Assembly: GCA_038063615.1 (NCBI GenBank)
Contig: JBBTUT010000003.1
Coordinates: 1,352-65,351, forward strand
Reading direction: 5' to 3'
Origin: Patescibacteria group bacterium
GTDB lineage: Bacteria > Patescibacteriota > Minisyncoccia > Phycocordibacterales > UBA1550
DNA: 64,000 nt
The position numbers and the translations under genes are program-made. Numbering within the stretch: the stretch's first letter is position 1; every line of letters begins with the position of its first letter. Below, one piece after another: positions 62,986-64,000 of this stretch. Below the pieces are notes generated by a model that saw only the letters and a list, made by a program, of their open reading frames with translations, had not been told where the DNA came from and did not search any database.

Positions 62986-64000
62986 TACAAAAGCAAACAA
63001 GGGCGAGTGGTCCGAATTCTATGCTTTCCTGAAAATTCTGGAGCAAAAACAACTTCCGGCCGCTGATAAAAATCTTAACCCGATAGCAGGGAAATTTTTC
63101 GTATTTCATAAAGTTATCAGAGAAGAAAAGGATGAGCCGATAAAAATATACGATATTTCCGCTGGGACGGAGATACTTATTACGAGTGAAGACGGTTCCG
63201 TATTAAAGAAAGTTTCAGACGAAAATCTAAACTCAAAAATCTTTAATATTTTTGAGAAAATAAGAAACGGACAGAGCGCATCCTTTGAGATTTCTGAAGC
63301 AAAAGCCGTCATGGAAGAATTTTTGTGCACAAAAGTTAAAGCAAGCAATGATAAAAAAGCCGATATCGTTGCGGTCATTTATGATAGAATCTCCGAAACG
63401 ATGCCGATGTTAGGGTTTTCGGTAAAGTCCATGATTGGCGGTGCATCAACACTACTCAACGCGGGGAAGACGACGAATTTTGTTTTTAAAGTTGGAGGGT
63501 TTAGCGGGGAAATTGGAGAAGTAAACGGTATCGACAGTAAGTCAAAAATCAGAGATCGCCTGTCCGCAATTATTGAGAAAGGTGGGGTTTTGTCGTTTGA
63601 TCATGTTTTGAGTGAGGCGTTTGCCTCGAATCTGAAAAACATAGATACCGCTTTTCCGAAATTTGTTGCGCAAATGCTACTCGATTTTTTTCTCGGAAAA
63701 GAGTCAACGGTTAGCGGGCTTATAAATGAACTGACAAAAAATAGCGAATTCAACAAAGAGTTCGGGCTTTCTCTTTCCGGTTATGAACTGAAGTTTAAAA
63801 ACTTTCTTGATGCGATTGCGCTCGGTATGGTGCCAAGCGTGGAATGGGACGGGTTTACGAAGGCGCACGGCGGATATATTGTAGTAAAAGAAAACGGCGA
63901 TGTCCTCTGTTACCACCTCTACAATAGAGACGAATTTCGCTCCTACCTGTATGAAAATACAAAATTTGAAAGTGCAAGCAGTACGAGACATGATTATGGA
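62972..64000 (+). CDS. Hypothetical protein, 3'-partial (runs off window); candidate type II restriction endonuclease partner of the C5-MTase
   Basis: Open frame with no stop to the window end. Start overlaps the MTase stop by 14 nt. Functional call rests on position only. Confidence 0.3.
   Translation, partial: MENNNTKANKGEWSEFYAFLKILEQKQLPAADKNLNPIAGKFFVFHKVIREEKDEPIKIYDISAGTEILITSEDGSVLKKVSDENLNSKIFNIFEKIRNGQSASFEISEAKAVMEEFLCTKVKASNDKKADIVAVIYDRISETMPMLGFSVKSMIGGASTLLNAGKTTNFVFKVGGFSGEIGEVNGIDSKSKIRDRLSAIIEKGGVLSFDHVLSEAFASNLKNIDTAFPKFVAQMLLDFFLGKESTVSGLINELTKNSEFNKEFGLSLSGYELKFKNFLDAIALGMVPSVEWDGFTKAHGGYIVVKENGDVLCYHLYNRDEFRSYLYENTKFESASSTRHDYG

Noticed and set aside
1-64000. Scan of all larger intergenic spacers for tRNA, rRNA, tmRNA, RNase P and SRP RNA
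   Set aside because: No T-arm GTTCGAATC-type motif, cloverleaf-compatible segment or 16S/23S-like conserved blocks were seen. None reported.

Overview
This 64 kb window looks like a small-genome bacterium, probably of the CPR/Patescibacteria type. Housekeeping genes at about 50% GC alternate with AT-rich accessory islands.

Housekeeping content:
- Aminoacyl-tRNA synthetases: leuS (5' partial), alaS (short form), trpS, and an archaeal-type aspS.
- Genes mltG, mnmA, a MgtC-family membrane protein, plsC, the grpE-dnaK-dnaJ chaperone set, two ABC exporters and enolase.
- The tail of the ribosomal-protein operon: infA, rpmJ, rpsM, rpsK, rpsD, rpoA, rplQ, then rplM-rpsI. The 37-aa rpmJ is missing from the ORF track.

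Accessory content:
- Island 1 (about 18.1-24.7 kb) carries a Fic protein, a gamma-class N6-adenine methyltransferase in an operon with a DUF262/ParB-like plus HNH nuclease, a zinc-ribbon protein, a HicB-like/DUF4258/DUF2283 toxin-antitoxin set, and a pRiA4b-ORF3-like protein.
- Island 2 (about 34.5-51.3 kb) starts with an IS200/IS605-like tyrosine transposase (RAYT-like) flanked by REP-like hairpins, which has split a radical-SAM/SPASM gene. It continues with two DUF397-like small proteins behind near-identical ~240-nt leaders, an intact radical-SAM/SPASM enzyme and an MTAP-like phosphorylase.
- The same island then holds a cluster built around aminoacyl-tRNA-synthetase paralogs: an ABC-F ATPase, an MBL hydrolase, an anticodon-domain-less AsxRS-core (AsnA-like) ligase, a SAM methyltransferase, an S66 MccF/LdcA-like peptidase, two tandem LysRS-like genes and an acyl-ACP-reductase/HemA-like thioester reductase with a conserved catalytic Cys.
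- I rate this cluster the most likely novel system. It may make, or resist, an aminoacyl-derived metabolite.
- A GIY-YIG nuclease element flanked by 12-nt inverted repeats sits exactly on the trpS start codon. A 100-nt gene-less derivative sits identically on the eno start codon.
- A RadC/JAB-C5-methyltransferase fusion precedes a partial candidate restriction endonuclease.
- An 85-nt repeat is inserted in-frame into the ATP-lid of one histidine kinase and recurs after the stop of a second.
- Many intergenic regions carry families of long perfect palindromes with CTATAG centres, heptamer tandem repeats, and cassette-like promoter/terminator modules (TGTGGTAGAATGAAATG at the 5' end).

No rRNA, tRNA or CRISPR array was seen.
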